Origin: Obrimoposthia wandeli
Taxonomy: Eukaryota
DNA length: 64,000 bases
Reading direction: 5' to 3'
Assembly: GCA_977020255.1 (NCBI GenBank)
Contig: CDROCS010000506.1
Span: forward strand, 930,001 to 994,000
Shown here: positions 42,517 through 51,681 of the stretch, piece after piece
Position numbering within the stretch: the first letter of the stretch is position 1
How the letters are laid out: every line of letters starts with the position of its first letter
Translations under genes and position numbers: made by a program
The notes under the pieces: model-generated
The model's input: only the letters and a program-made list of their open reading frames with translations
Told to the model about the DNA's origin: nothing
Databases searched by the model: none

Positions 42517-43149
42517 TTACTTCAATCGTTTCACCTCACTATAGGCACCTTCAAACTGAATGTTTATCGTTACGCTTTTACCCGAACGGTTACGCCAGAA
42601 CCAGCCGTGGTAACCATCGAATCCTGCGACTATCTTGCCGCTATCCTTGGTCACTTTAACGCCTTTTGAATAACGTAAATAATCCACGGAAGATGAATCA
42701 CCGTGATTATCGAAGTTGATTTTATCGCTCGACGTCCAGCTGTAATTGACTGTTTGGCCTTTTTTCAATGCTACTTTCAACTCTGCAGCTGCGCCATTTT
42801 TAAGTTCGATAGTGCGAGTGTCTGACGATAGCACTACAGTTTCCACTTCCTTAACTACTGGTGCGGCAGCTTTGACTACAGGAACAGCTGCAATTGCTGC
42901 CTGATTAACACTGCTGGCTTGTAAGGCAAGGTCTTCTTGTATAGCCTCCTCAGCTAGCGATACTTTAATATCGCCCATTTCTTGTAGGCCAATGACTCTG
43001 CCTACGCCTGTTATATCAATACCGAATTCTGCGGGTAATACCACGGTGACAGTCAGAACTACTGCAACGGTGAATGCGCCAAGTGTGGCTTTCATTAAAG
43101 ATTGCGTACTTGGCAATTCAGCCGTAGTTGTATTTGTTGAGTTATACAT
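42517..43149 (-). CDS. 'Transmembrane anchor' protein typically paired with HupE/UreJ
   Basis: AELPST..L..AT, VLPAEFGID.TG.GR..GL..MG.IK, FDGYHGWFWRN. Confidence 0.8.
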   Translation of the reverse strand: MYNSTNTTTAELPSTQSLMKATLGAFTVAVVLTVTVVLPAEFGIDITGVGRVIGLQEMGDIKVSLAEEAIQEDLALQASSVNQAAIAAVPVVKAAAPVVKEVETVVLSSDTRTIELKNGAAAELKVALKKGQTVNYSWTSSDKINFDNHGDSSSVDYLRYSKGVKVTKDSGKIVAGFDGYHGWFWRNRSGKSVTINIQFEGAYSEVKRLK

Positions 43150-43158
43150 TTGATATTC

Positions 43159-43899
43159 CTAATTTAAGATGTAACCAGTTAGCTGATAGCCCATGAGTAA
43201 AAAACCTGCCGTCATTAATAGCGCATTACTGAAAAATGCTTGCTGTGTAAATCTGCTGCTTTTACGCCAGAATCCCATGATGATTAAGATGATTGATAGC
43301 GCGATAAGTTGACCCATTTCCACGCCAACATTGAAGGCGATTAAATTGGTTAATAAGCCGTCTGCAGACATATCAAATTCTTGAATTTTGGTTGCTAAAC
43401 CAAAGCCGTGGAACAAGCCAAATATCAACGTCGCTATTTTGGTATTAGGTTGGTAACCAAACCAGCGTTGGAATGCACCCAGGTTATCCAGCGCTTTATA
43501 AACCACTGACAAACCGATGATGGCATCAATTAAATAAGCATTCGCTGGTACGTTATAAAACACGCCGATAAGTAATGTTGAAGAGTGACCAATAGCAAAC
43601 AAACTAACGTACAGACCAACATCTTTTAATCTGTAGAGAAAGAAGATAACCCCAAACAGAAATAACAAATGGTCATAACCCGTTACCATGTGCTTGGCAC
43701 CAAGGTACATAAAAGGAATGATATTGACGCCTGATATTTCTTGGATATAACCTTGGTCGCCAAGTGTGACGCCATGGGCATAAGCCATTTTAAAAAAACC
43801 AGTGAAAGCCATGAATAGAGTTAAAGCAAAAATAAACTTTACGTAGCGGGACAAACTAGTTGCACTAAACCAGTGAGTCCCAACTGAAGGGGATATCAT
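43159..43899 (-). CDS. HupE/UreJ family (Ni) transporter
   Basis: LGAKHMVTGYDHLLFL, FAIGHSSTL, FGLFHGFG, FNVGVEMGQ. Confidence 0.92.
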   Translation of the reverse strand: MISPSVGTHWFSATSLSRYVKFIFALTLFMAFTGFFKMAYAHGVTLGDQGYIQEISGVNIIPFMYLGAKHMVTGYDHLLFLFGVIFFLYRLKDVGLYVSLFAIGHSSTLLIGVFYNVPANAYLIDAIIGLSVVYKALDNLGAFQRWFGYQPNTKIATLIFGLFHGFGLATKIQEFDMSADGLLTNLIAFNVGVEMGQLIALSIILIIMGFWRKSSRFTQQAFFSNALLMTAGFLLMGYQLTGYILN

Positions 43900-43956
43900 A
43901 AATTGTTAGATCCTGTAGCAAAGGTAAGTTGTGCTCAGGATATTAGTATCAAATCA

Positions 43957-44005
43957 CTTATCATTGAAATCGAACATATTCATAATTAACATCAGTGAAA
44001 TCAAT
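43957..44005 (-). promoter_or_regulatory. Putative LysR operator upstream of hupE/ureJ operon
   Basis: 36/49 identical to the reverse complement of 44954..45002; two ATY/TTC-N9-GAT (T-N11-A) boxes. Confidence 0.65.
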
Positions 44006-44938
44006 TCAGCCTTTTAAACGAGTCACCTTATTCTGCACGACCAGCTTAACTTGAACGTTAAGCCACTTTAGTCGAGGATGCGCAGCATTACGCTTTAGCT
44101 CTATCATATCAACGTCAAAGTCTGGAATATCAATTGGTGGTGAGCAAAGTGTTAGATCATCTTGAATTAAGTCACTGCGCCCTACCATCTCAGCCATCAC
44201 AGCGAGTAATTTGCGTCCTGACAACATACGTCTGGTGGTAAAGAATCGCGTGGTACCAAGCACTACATTTCTTTTCACGCCGATATCCTGCAACGTAATA
44301 TCAACTTTGCTGGTTAAATCTTCATTTGCGGTAATAATGACTTGAGGCGTAGCAAGGTAAGTATCTAGTGGTATGGGTAACTCAGTCTGCATAACTCTGT
44401 TATCAAATATGCATAAATGCTTTTCTCGATAAAGAAATGTAGAGCTCACATTCGCAGGCAACTCATTAAAGACGCCGATACAAAGGTCAACCTCGCCACT
44501 CTCTAGCATTGCTAGACTATTTTGAGTATCTGCTGGTTTAAATAATATTTTACAATCAGGTGATTGCAGTAATAAATCGTCGAACAGTTCAGGTCCAAAT
44601 ATTTGCTCTGCATAATCCGTTAAACCGATCTTATAAACGCCGTCGTAACTTGCAGAATCAAATGTTTTTTGCGGCAGAATATCTTCTCGCATAATAGCGA
44701 GAATTTGATTCACTTTTCGTGCGATTTCTTTTGCTCTACAGGTTGCGATCATCTTATGCCCTTGTCGCTCAAACAAAGGATCATCTAACAATTCACGCAA
44801 GCGTTTTAAATTATAACTTGTCGCAGGTTGTCCAAGATTCAGATGTCTTGAGGCTGCAGATACACTTTCAAACATCATGAGTGCATTGAATGTGAGTAAT
44901 AGGTTTAAGTCTACCCCACGCCAGTTTATATCTTTCAT
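44006..44938 (-). CDS. LysR-family regulator (NodD/LeuO-like subgroup)
   Basis: VDLNLLLTFNALM..SVS.A...L.LGQPATSYNLKRLRELLDDPLFER; start trimmed to 44938 (GGGG RBS). Confidence 0.93.
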   Translation of the reverse strand: MKDINWRGVDLNLLLTFNALMMFESVSAASRHLNLGQPATSYNLKRLRELLDDPLFERQGHKMIATCRAKEIARKVNQILAIMREDILPQKTFDSASYDGVYKIGLTDYAEQIFGPELFDDLLLQSPDCKILFKPADTQNSLAMLESGEVDLCIGVFNELPANVSSTFLYREKHLCIFDNRVMQTELPIPLDTYLATPQVIITANEDLTSKVDITLQDIGVKRNVVLGTTRFFTTRRMLSGRKLLAVMAEMVGRSDLIQDDLTLCSPPIDIPDFDVDMIELKRNAAHPRLKWLNVQVKLVVQNKVTRLKG

Positions 44939-44953
44939 ACCGCCCCTTGCTGT

Positions 44954-45002
44954 ATTGATATTACTAATAGATTTAATAAATATGTTCGATTTAATTGATA
45001 AC
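44954..45002 (+). promoter_or_regulatory. Putative LysR operator upstream of MFS gene
   Basis: ATTGATATTACTAAT...AATATGTTCGATTTAATTGATAAC; TATAGT -10-like 12 nt downstream. Confidence 0.65.
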
Positions 45003-45062
45003 AAACAAAAGAGTATAGTGCACTAAATATTTGCATAATAGACGCGATAGGTATGAAATAAA

Positions 45063-46244
45063 ATGTGGCAAAACTATAATTATCTAAGATTATTTTCCGC
45101 TCAGATTATTTCTTTAATCGGCACTGGTATTAGCTCGATTTGCTTAACATTGATCGCTTACGATCTGGCAGGAGAAGATGCTGGCATAGTACTGAGTATC
45201 ATTTTTTCCATAAAAATACTGACTTATATTTTCCTAGCGCCGGTATTTAGTACCTTTGCACATAAGTTCCGTAAACGTCAGACTCTGGTAACGTTAGATA
45301 TTATTCGAGCATTAATATTATTATCACTGCCATTTGTCACTGACATTTGGCAAGTTTACCTGCTTATGTTTATCATCAATGCTTGCTCGGCATGGTTCAC
45401 ACCACAATTCCAGTCCGTATTACCGCTGATTTTACCGAACAAAGAGCAATATATTAAAGCCCTTAGTCTAAGTCGCTTAGCATTCGACTTAGAACAAATT
45501 GCCAGCCCAATACTAACGGCGATACTTCTCACCAGCATCAATTTTAAGTTTTTATTTATGTTTGATTCTGCCACTTTTGTTATATCGGCAATATTAATTT
45601 TACTTTGTACCTTCCCTAACACTAAGCAGTTAACGACTAAAAAATCACTTAACTTCTATCAATTAACTAAAACGATCCGCGACTATCTCGAAAAACCAAA
45701 ACTAAAAGCGTTATGGTTTGCCTATTTGGCAGTTGCAAGCGCATCTGCAATGGTTCTCGTGAATACAGTCACATACGTACATCAGATATTAAATGGCGGG
45801 GATAAACAAACGGCGCTCGCTATGATGGCTGTTGGTTTCGGATCGATATTTATCGCGCTTAATTTACCTCGATGGCTGAAAAAGCATAAACCGCAACAGT
45901 TTCATTGGACTGGCATGGTGACAATTTCAGCTGCATTAACGCTAGGTATATTTACACCTGGTTGGTTCGGCTATATCGCTATCTGTCTCCTGCTAGGCAT
46001 TGGCATGTCATGTATTCAAACTACATCAGGGTTAATTATTACCGAAAATTGCACCGAAGAAGAAAGTAGTCAATATTTCGCTGCACATTTTTCTTTAACT
46101 CACTTTTGGTGGTTAATCGCCTACCTTACCGCGGGGATAAGTGCTTCGGTTATTGGTATAGGATATAGCTATCTGTGTATGGGTGTACTTAGCCTTATGA
46201 GCGTACTCGGTTATTATATTGTCATCACTAAAGGTAATAACTAG
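45063..46244 (+). CDS. MFS transporter, NreB/NrsD (Ni efflux)-like
   Basis: YDLAG, LPFVTDIWQVY, FTPQFQS..P, KALSLSRLAFDLE..ASP, AAHFSLTH.WW resemble recalled NreB blocks. Confidence 0.78.
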   Translation: MWQNYNYLRLFSAQIISLIGTGISSICLTLIAYDLAGEDAGIVLSIIFSIKILTYIFLAPVFSTFAHKFRKRQTLVTLDIIRALILLSLPFVTDIWQVYLLMFIINACSAWFTPQFQSVLPLILPNKEQYIKALSLSRLAFDLEQIASPILTAILLTSINFKFLFMFDSATFVISAILILLCTFPNTKQLTTKKSLNFYQLTKTIRDYLEKPKLKALWFAYLAVASASAMVLVNTVTYVHQILNGGDKQTALAMMAVGFGSIFIALNLPRWLKKHKPQQFHWTGMVTISAALTLGIFTPGWFGYIAICLLLGIGMSCIQTTSGLIITENCTEEESSQYFAAHFSLTHFWWLIAYLTAGISASVIGIGYSYLCMGVLSLMSVLGYYIVITKGNN

Positions 46245-46391
46245 CGGCATAATTAACTATCTATTAACTATGTATCAGCCAAAGGTTAAGCCATATTTAA
46301 GCATGATATAACCACCAGCGCATGCTACAGTAATAAAAACGATGGCTTGCATGTGCTTGACCATTAGATGAATTTCTTATTGGAGAACATC

Positions 46392-46970
46392 ATGAGCCAT
46401 TTTTTTGCCCACCTCGCCCGCATGAAACTCATTTACCGCTGGCCGCTAATGCGTAACGTCACGCACGAGAATATAGCCGAACACAGTTTACAAGTTGCTA
46501 TGGTTGCCCATGCATTAGCGCTGATCGGTAATACTTATTACGGTAAGAGTTATGATCCAGACAAAGCAGCATCGATGGCCTTGTTTCATGACACAACAGA
46601 AGTGCTAACAGGCGACCTGCCGACCCCTGTAAAATATTACAACAAAGCTATTATTCGTGAATATAACAAGATTGAATTAGCCGCAGAGCAGACGTTATTA
46701 GATATGCTGCCGCCTGAGTTAAGAAAAGCTTACGAACCATTATTATCAACACCAGATCTAGATCCAACATATAAAAAATTAGTCAAAGACGCTGATATTT
46801 TATGTGCGCACATGAAGTGTATTGAAGAAGAAAGTTGCGGTAATCTAGAATTCTCTAAAGCTAAAATCCGTTGCCAAACAGCATTAGACGAACGCATGAC
46901 AGATGAGATCCGTTACTTCCTTGATGTGTTCTTACCGAGTATCGGTCAACCATTTGATGATATGAATTAA
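46392..46970 (+). CDS. yfbR: 5'-deoxynucleotidase YfbR (HD domain)
   Basis: SHFFAHLARMKLIYRWPLMR, EHSLQVA, HDTTEVLTGDLPTPVKY, VKDAD. Confidence 0.92.
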   Translation: MSHFFAHLARMKLIYRWPLMRNVTHENIAEHSLQVAMVAHALALIGNTYYGKSYDPDKAASMALFHDTTEVLTGDLPTPVKYYNKAIIREYNKIELAAEQTLLDMLPPELRKAYEPLLSTPDLDPTYKKLVKDADILCAHMKCIEEESCGNLEFSKAKIRCQTALDERMTDEIRYFLDVFLPSIGQPFDDMN

Positions 46971-46990
46971 TATCTGATAAACGTAAACAT

Positions 46991-47028
46991 AAAGCCTGAT
47001 CCTGCTCATACACAGGATCAGGCTTTTA
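46991..47028. terminator. Bidirectional terminator
   Basis: AAAGCCTGATCCTG-N-CAGGATCAGGCTTTT. Confidence 0.85.
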
Positions 47029-47030
47029 TT

Positions 47031-47819
47031 TTATGAGGCGCGTACGCCAATCTTGACCAGTGAAAGTTGCAGCAATAAATGAAACAATACACCAGAGGCA
47101 AATAACGTGATCACGATACTTGCACCACTGGGTAAATCATAGTGAGCAGACAACACAATACCCGACATGATCCCGGTAACGCCAATGCCCATACTCGCGA
47201 TAAAAAACCGTATACCTTTTAACGCAGACGCACACAGCGCAGGGATCACCAATAACGCAAACTCAAGGTAAATACCCGTCAATTTCACCGTTATCGGCAT
47301 CAATATAGCGAAGATAATGTAAAATCCACGCCCTTGCATAAATGCCGGTTTCAATGTAATTAAAGCCAACATCGCAGCGGTAATAATCGCTAACGGCCAA
47401 ACATCATCCCATGTTGCCCATAACAACTGACCATTTAAGATCCCTTGAATGAAATCAGCACCGTGCGGGTCTTTACTTGCCAACAAAATCGCCAATGACG
47501 CAGAAACAGCAAACAAGCTACCGATCATAGGCTCAAGATGCTGCTGATAGTGCTTTTCCATCAAGGCAATCAAGCCACATAGTAATAATGATAATACCCA
47601 AGGACCGATCATTTGCCCTAACCAAGTATCGGGTAATACATCAAAACGACTTAGCCAATACTGACTAAATGCAGCGCCTAATGCAGCGACTTGTGCTACT
47701 GCCAAATCAATAAAAATGATCTTACGCGCTAGCACTTGTTGCCCTAATATCACATTACCCACCAGCGCAATCAGTCCACACAATACAGCGGGAGCTAACC
47801 AAAGATAATCTACCAACAT
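47031..47819 (-). CDS. Metal ABC transporter permease (ZnuB/MntB-like)
   Basis: R.IIFIDLAVAQVAALG, multi-TM, DLPSGASI. Confidence 0.88.
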   Translation of the reverse strand: MLVDYLWLAPAVLCGLIALVGNVILGQQVLARKIIFIDLAVAQVAALGAAFSQYWLSRFDVLPDTWLGQMIGPWVLSLLLCGLIALMEKHYQQHLEPMIGSLFAVSASLAILLASKDPHGADFIQGILNGQLLWATWDDVWPLAIITAAMLALITLKPAFMQGRGFYIIFAILMPITVKLTGIYLEFALLVIPALCASALKGIRFFIASMGIGVTGIMSGIVLSAHYDLPSGASIVITLFASGVLFHLLLQLSLVKIGVRAS

Positions 47820-47822
47820 AGA

Positions 47823-48728
47823 CTAATCCTTTACTGGTTCTACAAGTACATTCAACAAGTCATCCAATACCTGGTCATACAGCTCGTCAAGGGTTTGCCC
47901 TTTCGATACCGTCAGCGGTAATTGGATCACGGGTTTGTCCGTGTGTTGGTGCAACCAATTTGCTGCGCGTTTATTCTGATGAGAAGAATAAATAATCGCA
48001 TCAAACGACGCAGGGTCTAACTTGGTCAAAGATTGCAAGTGTGCCGTCGTTGGTGAAACACCAGGTTTAGGCTCAAGGTCCGCAATCTGCTCCATCCCCA
48101 ACCAATCAAACAGATAACGATAGGTCTCGTGATAACTCACCACTTGCTTACCTCGCAGCGGTTCAGCACGTTGTTCCCATTCAACTAATTTTTTCCGCCA
48201 ATGCTCACGAAACTTCACGCCATTGACTAAGTAACCAAATGCATTAGCGGGATCGATACTTTCCAAGCGTTTGCTCACCACGCGAGAAATTCGGATCATA
48301 TCGTTAGCAGCAAACTGCACATGCGGATTACCATAAGCGTGAATATCCCCCATACTGCGGTCAACATGATGATGCGTATCCAACATGCTAACAATCTCTG
48401 ACGCATACAGCATACTTTGCTTATTATTCTGCACCGCCGGATTGCTGCTTCGTGCCTGCAACATCGGCAACCAACCAATTTCCAATTCAGCACCAGAACA
48501 CATCGCCATATCGGCTTGGCGCATCTTGGCAATTAAAGACGGCCTCGCTTGCACGTAATGTGGGTCTTGCAGCGCTGTTGTCGCAGAATAGATGGTTGCT
48601 TTGGGTGCATGTGCAGCCAATAGTGCTTTCCATTCAGGCTCGCAAACGAAAATATTCAACGCAAGAGCAGGTGCAGACAACATGGCCGCACTCACTGTCA
48701 CGAATAATGTGCTTTTCTTAAAACGCAT
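47823..48728 (-). CDS. Metal ABC transporter substrate-binding protein (cluster A-I, Zn/Mn)
   Basis: QDPHY, GAELE.GWL, GDIHAYGNPH, YHETY.Y, LEPKPG..P. Confidence 0.92.
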   Translation of the reverse strand: MRFKKSTLFVTVSAAMLSAPALALNIFVCEPEWKALLAAHAPKATIYSATTALQDPHYVQARPSLIAKMRQADMAMCSGAELEIGWLPMLQARSSNPAVQNNKQSMLYASEIVSMLDTHHHVDRSMGDIHAYGNPHVQFAANDMIRISRVVSKRLESIDPANAFGYLVNGVKFREHWRKKLVEWEQRAEPLRGKQVVSYHETYRYLFDWLGMEQIADLEPKPGVSPTTAHLQSLTKLDPASFDAIIYSSHQNKRAANWLHQHTDKPVIQLPLTVSKGQTLDELYDQVLDDLLNVLVEPVKD

Positions 48729-49866
48729 GGGCACCGTGCGCCCCAAACGTCATCACATATTGCAGCGTGAATACGTTATCTGTGGCTTTGTCTTGGTTTT
48801 CAACACGTGTGTATTGCGCACGCACAGTCCCAAAGTGAGAAGAGTCCCACGCGACCATTGCTTCGATTTCGCTATCACTCAAAGAGGTTAAGTGTGGCGG
48901 TGCATTAGTGGCATGTACATGTCCTTCATAACTTTCAGCATCACTGTAGCGCATACCCGCAGACCAGCTTGGTGTAAAGCGATATACGCCCGATACATAA
49001 TAAGCTGCTAGCGTATCCGGAGCATCTTTCTCTCCTTTAAATTTGCTATCCAAAATGTCATCTAACAACATATACTCAGCTGATAAGGTGAAATTACTGT
49101 ATTTATAATTGCCATTAGGCGCCCATTTCCAGACAAAGTCAGCACCATATAGATTCGCACCAGTCACTGCTGATGCGTGGCTGTGGTCATGATCTTCATG
49201 ACCATCCGTACTATGATCATGCTCTTCAAAACTTGTCACTTTACCATTTTCATTACGTAAGTAACTTAAACCAAACTGCCAACTCGATGATTCAGAAAAA
49301 TCATCACCAATCTTTAATGTCGTGGTATATACACCAACGGCAGTAGCATCGTCCACAGCAGACATCTTGCTACCACTTAACGCTTCAACGCCTAGCTTTA
49401 CATACATATCAGTAGGTAATACCAGATTCGCACGTAAACCATCATCGTAATAATGAGAGCCTAAGAAAGTACGATAAGCAATAGGTCGCTCAACGAAACT
49501 GTCTGAATGCATATGCTGATTGTTCATGTAACCGAAGTCAGATAGGAAACGACCACCGCGGATATTAAAGCCATATGGCATGGTTAATGTTTGAATGAAT
49601 GCTTCTTCTAGTAGCAATTCAGTTTCATCACCATGCGTTTCTAGCACTGTCGTTAATACACCGTGGAACTTGTCGTCAATATTCGCAGACATGCTAATTT
49701 CGGTGTGCCCGAGGCCAAATCCTTCGCTACGCTCTGAGTTATTACGTTCACCGTTTTGATAATAGCCATCAAGCACCACACCGATTTGTGGATTTGACAA
49801 GGTATTAGCAAAAGCTGGTGATACCAAAATACTACTGATTGCGAGGGAAACCAATTTCTTCTTCAC
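48718..49866 (-). CDS. His-rich outer-membrane beta-barrel protein (putative Zn uptake channel/receptor)
   Basis: Signal peptide, NP.IGVVLDG, EHDHSTDGHEDHDHSH loop, C-terminal QYVMTFGAHGAHAF. Confidence 0.8.
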   Translation of the reverse strand: MKKKLVSLAISSILVSPAFANTLSNPQIGVVLDGYYQNGERNNSERSEGFGLGHTEISMSANIDDKFHGVLTTVLETHGDETELLLEEAFIQTLTMPYGFNIRGGRFLSDFGYMNNQHMHSDSFVERPIAYRTFLGSHYYDDGLRANLVLPTDMYVKLGVEALSGSKMSAVDDATAVGVYTTTLKIGDDFSESSSWQFGLSYLRNENGKVTSFEEHDHSTDGHEDHDHSHASAVTGANLYGADFVWKWAPNGNYKYSNFTLSAEYMLLDDILDSKFKGEKDAPDTLAAYYVSGVYRFTPSWSAGMRYSDAESYEGHVHATNAPPHLTSLSDSEIEAMVAWDSSHFGTVRAQYTRVENQDKATDNVFTLQYVMTFGAHGAHAF

Positions 49867-49883
49867 TGTTTATCTTCCTTAAT

Positions 49884-49898
49884 TGTTATAATATAACA
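49884..49898. promoter_or_regulatory. Zur box
   Basis: TGTTATA-A-TATAACA matches the gammaproteobacterial Zur consensus TGTTATANTATAACA; just upstream of the RBS. Confidence 0.8.
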
Positions 49899-49905
49899 CT
49901 TCATG

Positions 49906-49931
49906 TTTTGTTATGTTATAACATAACAAAA
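49906..49931. promoter_or_regulatory. 26-bp perfect palindrome containing two overlapping Zur-like boxes
   Basis: TTTTGTTATGTTATAACATAACAAAA. Confidence 0.72.
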
Positions 49932-50086
49932 CAAAGGCAAGGGATATATATAACTGTTTGTAATTTAAACAGTATAAAAATAACGATAAATATGTTTAAA
50001 ACAATATCGTGAATATCAGCGGTATTTACAGGGAGAAAAGCAACGTTATTTGGTGTGGTTTAGTTTTTGATGATCGGGGGTGTTAT

Positions 50087-50929
50087 TTATTCGGCAGGTG
50101 AAGTGTCTTTGTTTGCACCGGTATCAGCGCTTGTATCAGCACTTGTAACAGGCATCATATAAGGTGCTAATAATGTCAGCCAATTGTTCGCGATGGTGTC
50201 ATATTCACTGATACAAAACTCACCACGTTCAGCAGAGAAACCGGTATCTTCTAGCAGGTACGCATAATTCACATCATCACTACCATAAACATGGCAAAGC
50301 GTGGCGTAATAACGTTGTAGATCTAGGCTGTGTTCGTCCCAGAAATCAGCCTCTTCAAACTCAGTTATTTCATCACCTTCTAGATAAAACAGATCTGCTG
50401 CGCTAATGGCGATCTCAGCGCCATTTTCAAAATATTCTATCGACAATACAGCCGCTAAATTATCTGCGGCATCTTCTTCTTTACCGACAATGGGTAATTC
50501 ATGATTGGCGATAAGTGCATGAGCAAGCTCATGAAATAACGTATGGATCACGACGTCCATAACAGCTTGATTCAGATCGGCAGGATCCGCCTTGCCATTA
50601 TCATCACTCGCGTAATTAACCGCCTTGAAACGCTGCTCGACTTCATCTAGAAAGGTGTAAGGGATAAGAATGTCATTAGTCGCCGGATCATATAACGGGC
50701 CATCCTCACCACCAAAGACTATGGTTAACGGTTGCTCAAAAATAAACTCTGTATTCATTAAACTCAGCGTATTTTGAATACTGCTATCTGACTGCAATGT
50801 TTTAACGATAGATTGTAGCTGGGCATCATTCGTCTGTTGATAACGCACAATGACATTATCAGCAGCTAAACTCACGCTAGAGAAAAGGACTGTAAGAGCG
50901 AATAACCACCCGCGTTGATAACCTTCCAT
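50087..50929 (-). CDS. DUF4344-like secreted metallopeptidase
   Basis: Signal peptide, HTLFHELAHALI, GKEEDAAD, WDEHSLD.QR. Confidence 0.82.
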   Translation of the reverse strand: MEGYQRGWLFALTVLFSSVSLAADNVIVRYQQTNDAQLQSIVKTLQSDSSIQNTLSLMNTEFIFEQPLTIVFGGEDGPLYDPATNDILIPYTFLDEVEQRFKAVNYASDDNGKADPADLNQAVMDVVIHTLFHELAHALIANHELPIVGKEEDAADNLAAVLSIEYFENGAEIAISAADLFYLEGDEITEFEEADFWDEHSLDLQRYYATLCHVYGSDDVNYAYLLEDTGFSAERGEFCISEYDTIANNWLTLLAPYMMPVTSADTSADTGANKDTSPAE

Positions 50930-50992
50930 GCCTTTCTCCTTAGCGTTTAATAAACTTTAATAATAGGTGACATTAATGCCTCACCATAAGGA

Positions 50993-51625
50993 TTAATTAC
51001 TAATAATAGGCGTCCAGTTAAATTCAGCATTGTAACTATTACAATCAAATAAATTGGCTTCAGCATTCGCTACATAAACTTGTTTCTTCGCTGAACTTGG
51101 ATAATTAAGGTATGACGAACACGTCGCGCTTTGCCCTGTACCTACTACCACTTTAGCACCTGCTTTTAAACTACACAGGGTCATTTTATCTAACGGCGAC
51201 CATTGATAACATATTTGATAATCACTGCGATATTGCGCTATGTTTCCACGTGGACTTTTAAGTGCCCACCAATCCCCAAATTCACTTGCTGAATTGCTGC
51301 CATTCCAAGCGCGAAACAACATGATTTGCGTATTCTGCTTAGCCACATAAACCTGACCCTGACAGAGTTTACCTTGTTCCGCTTCACCAAGAGATTGTGC
51401 TAACAGTGCAGGGTCTGATACAGCGGTAAACTTACGGCTAAATTCGACTGGTAACGCCATATCACCAGCACACTCTGCAGCAGAGATCGGCGTTGCAACT
51501 GGCATCAATGGTACTGCAGGGGCATCAGCAGGATCGATAATAGGTGCTATCGGATCTTTCTTTTCTAATAATGCACAGCCGGAACAACTTAAAATAAGTA
51601 TGCCCGTTATGGTATTTTTCAACAT
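50993..51625 (-). CDS. Hypothetical Cys-containing lipoprotein
   Basis: Lipobox SCSGC; six further Cys residues. Confidence 0.75.
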   Translation of the reverse strand: MLKNTITGILILSCSGCALLEKKDPIAPIIDPADAPAVPLMPVATPISAAECAGDMALPVEFSRKFTAVSDPALLAQSLGEAEQGKLCQGQVYVAKQNTQIMLFRAWNGSNSASEFGDWWALKSPRGNIAQYRSDYQICYQWSPLDKMTLCSLKAGAKVVVGTGQSATCSSYLNYPSSAKKQVYVANAEANLFDCNSYNAEFNWTPIISN

Positions 51626-51681
51626 AAACTCTCCTTAGTCCAATGTCGTATTATTCACTTATATCGCAGTAGGTTAAGTAA

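Noticed and set aside
42517-46244. Calling the islet an IS or transposon
   Set aside because: No transposase or integrase, and no terminal inverted repeats at the islet boundaries; the evidence is only the yfbR 5' duplication.
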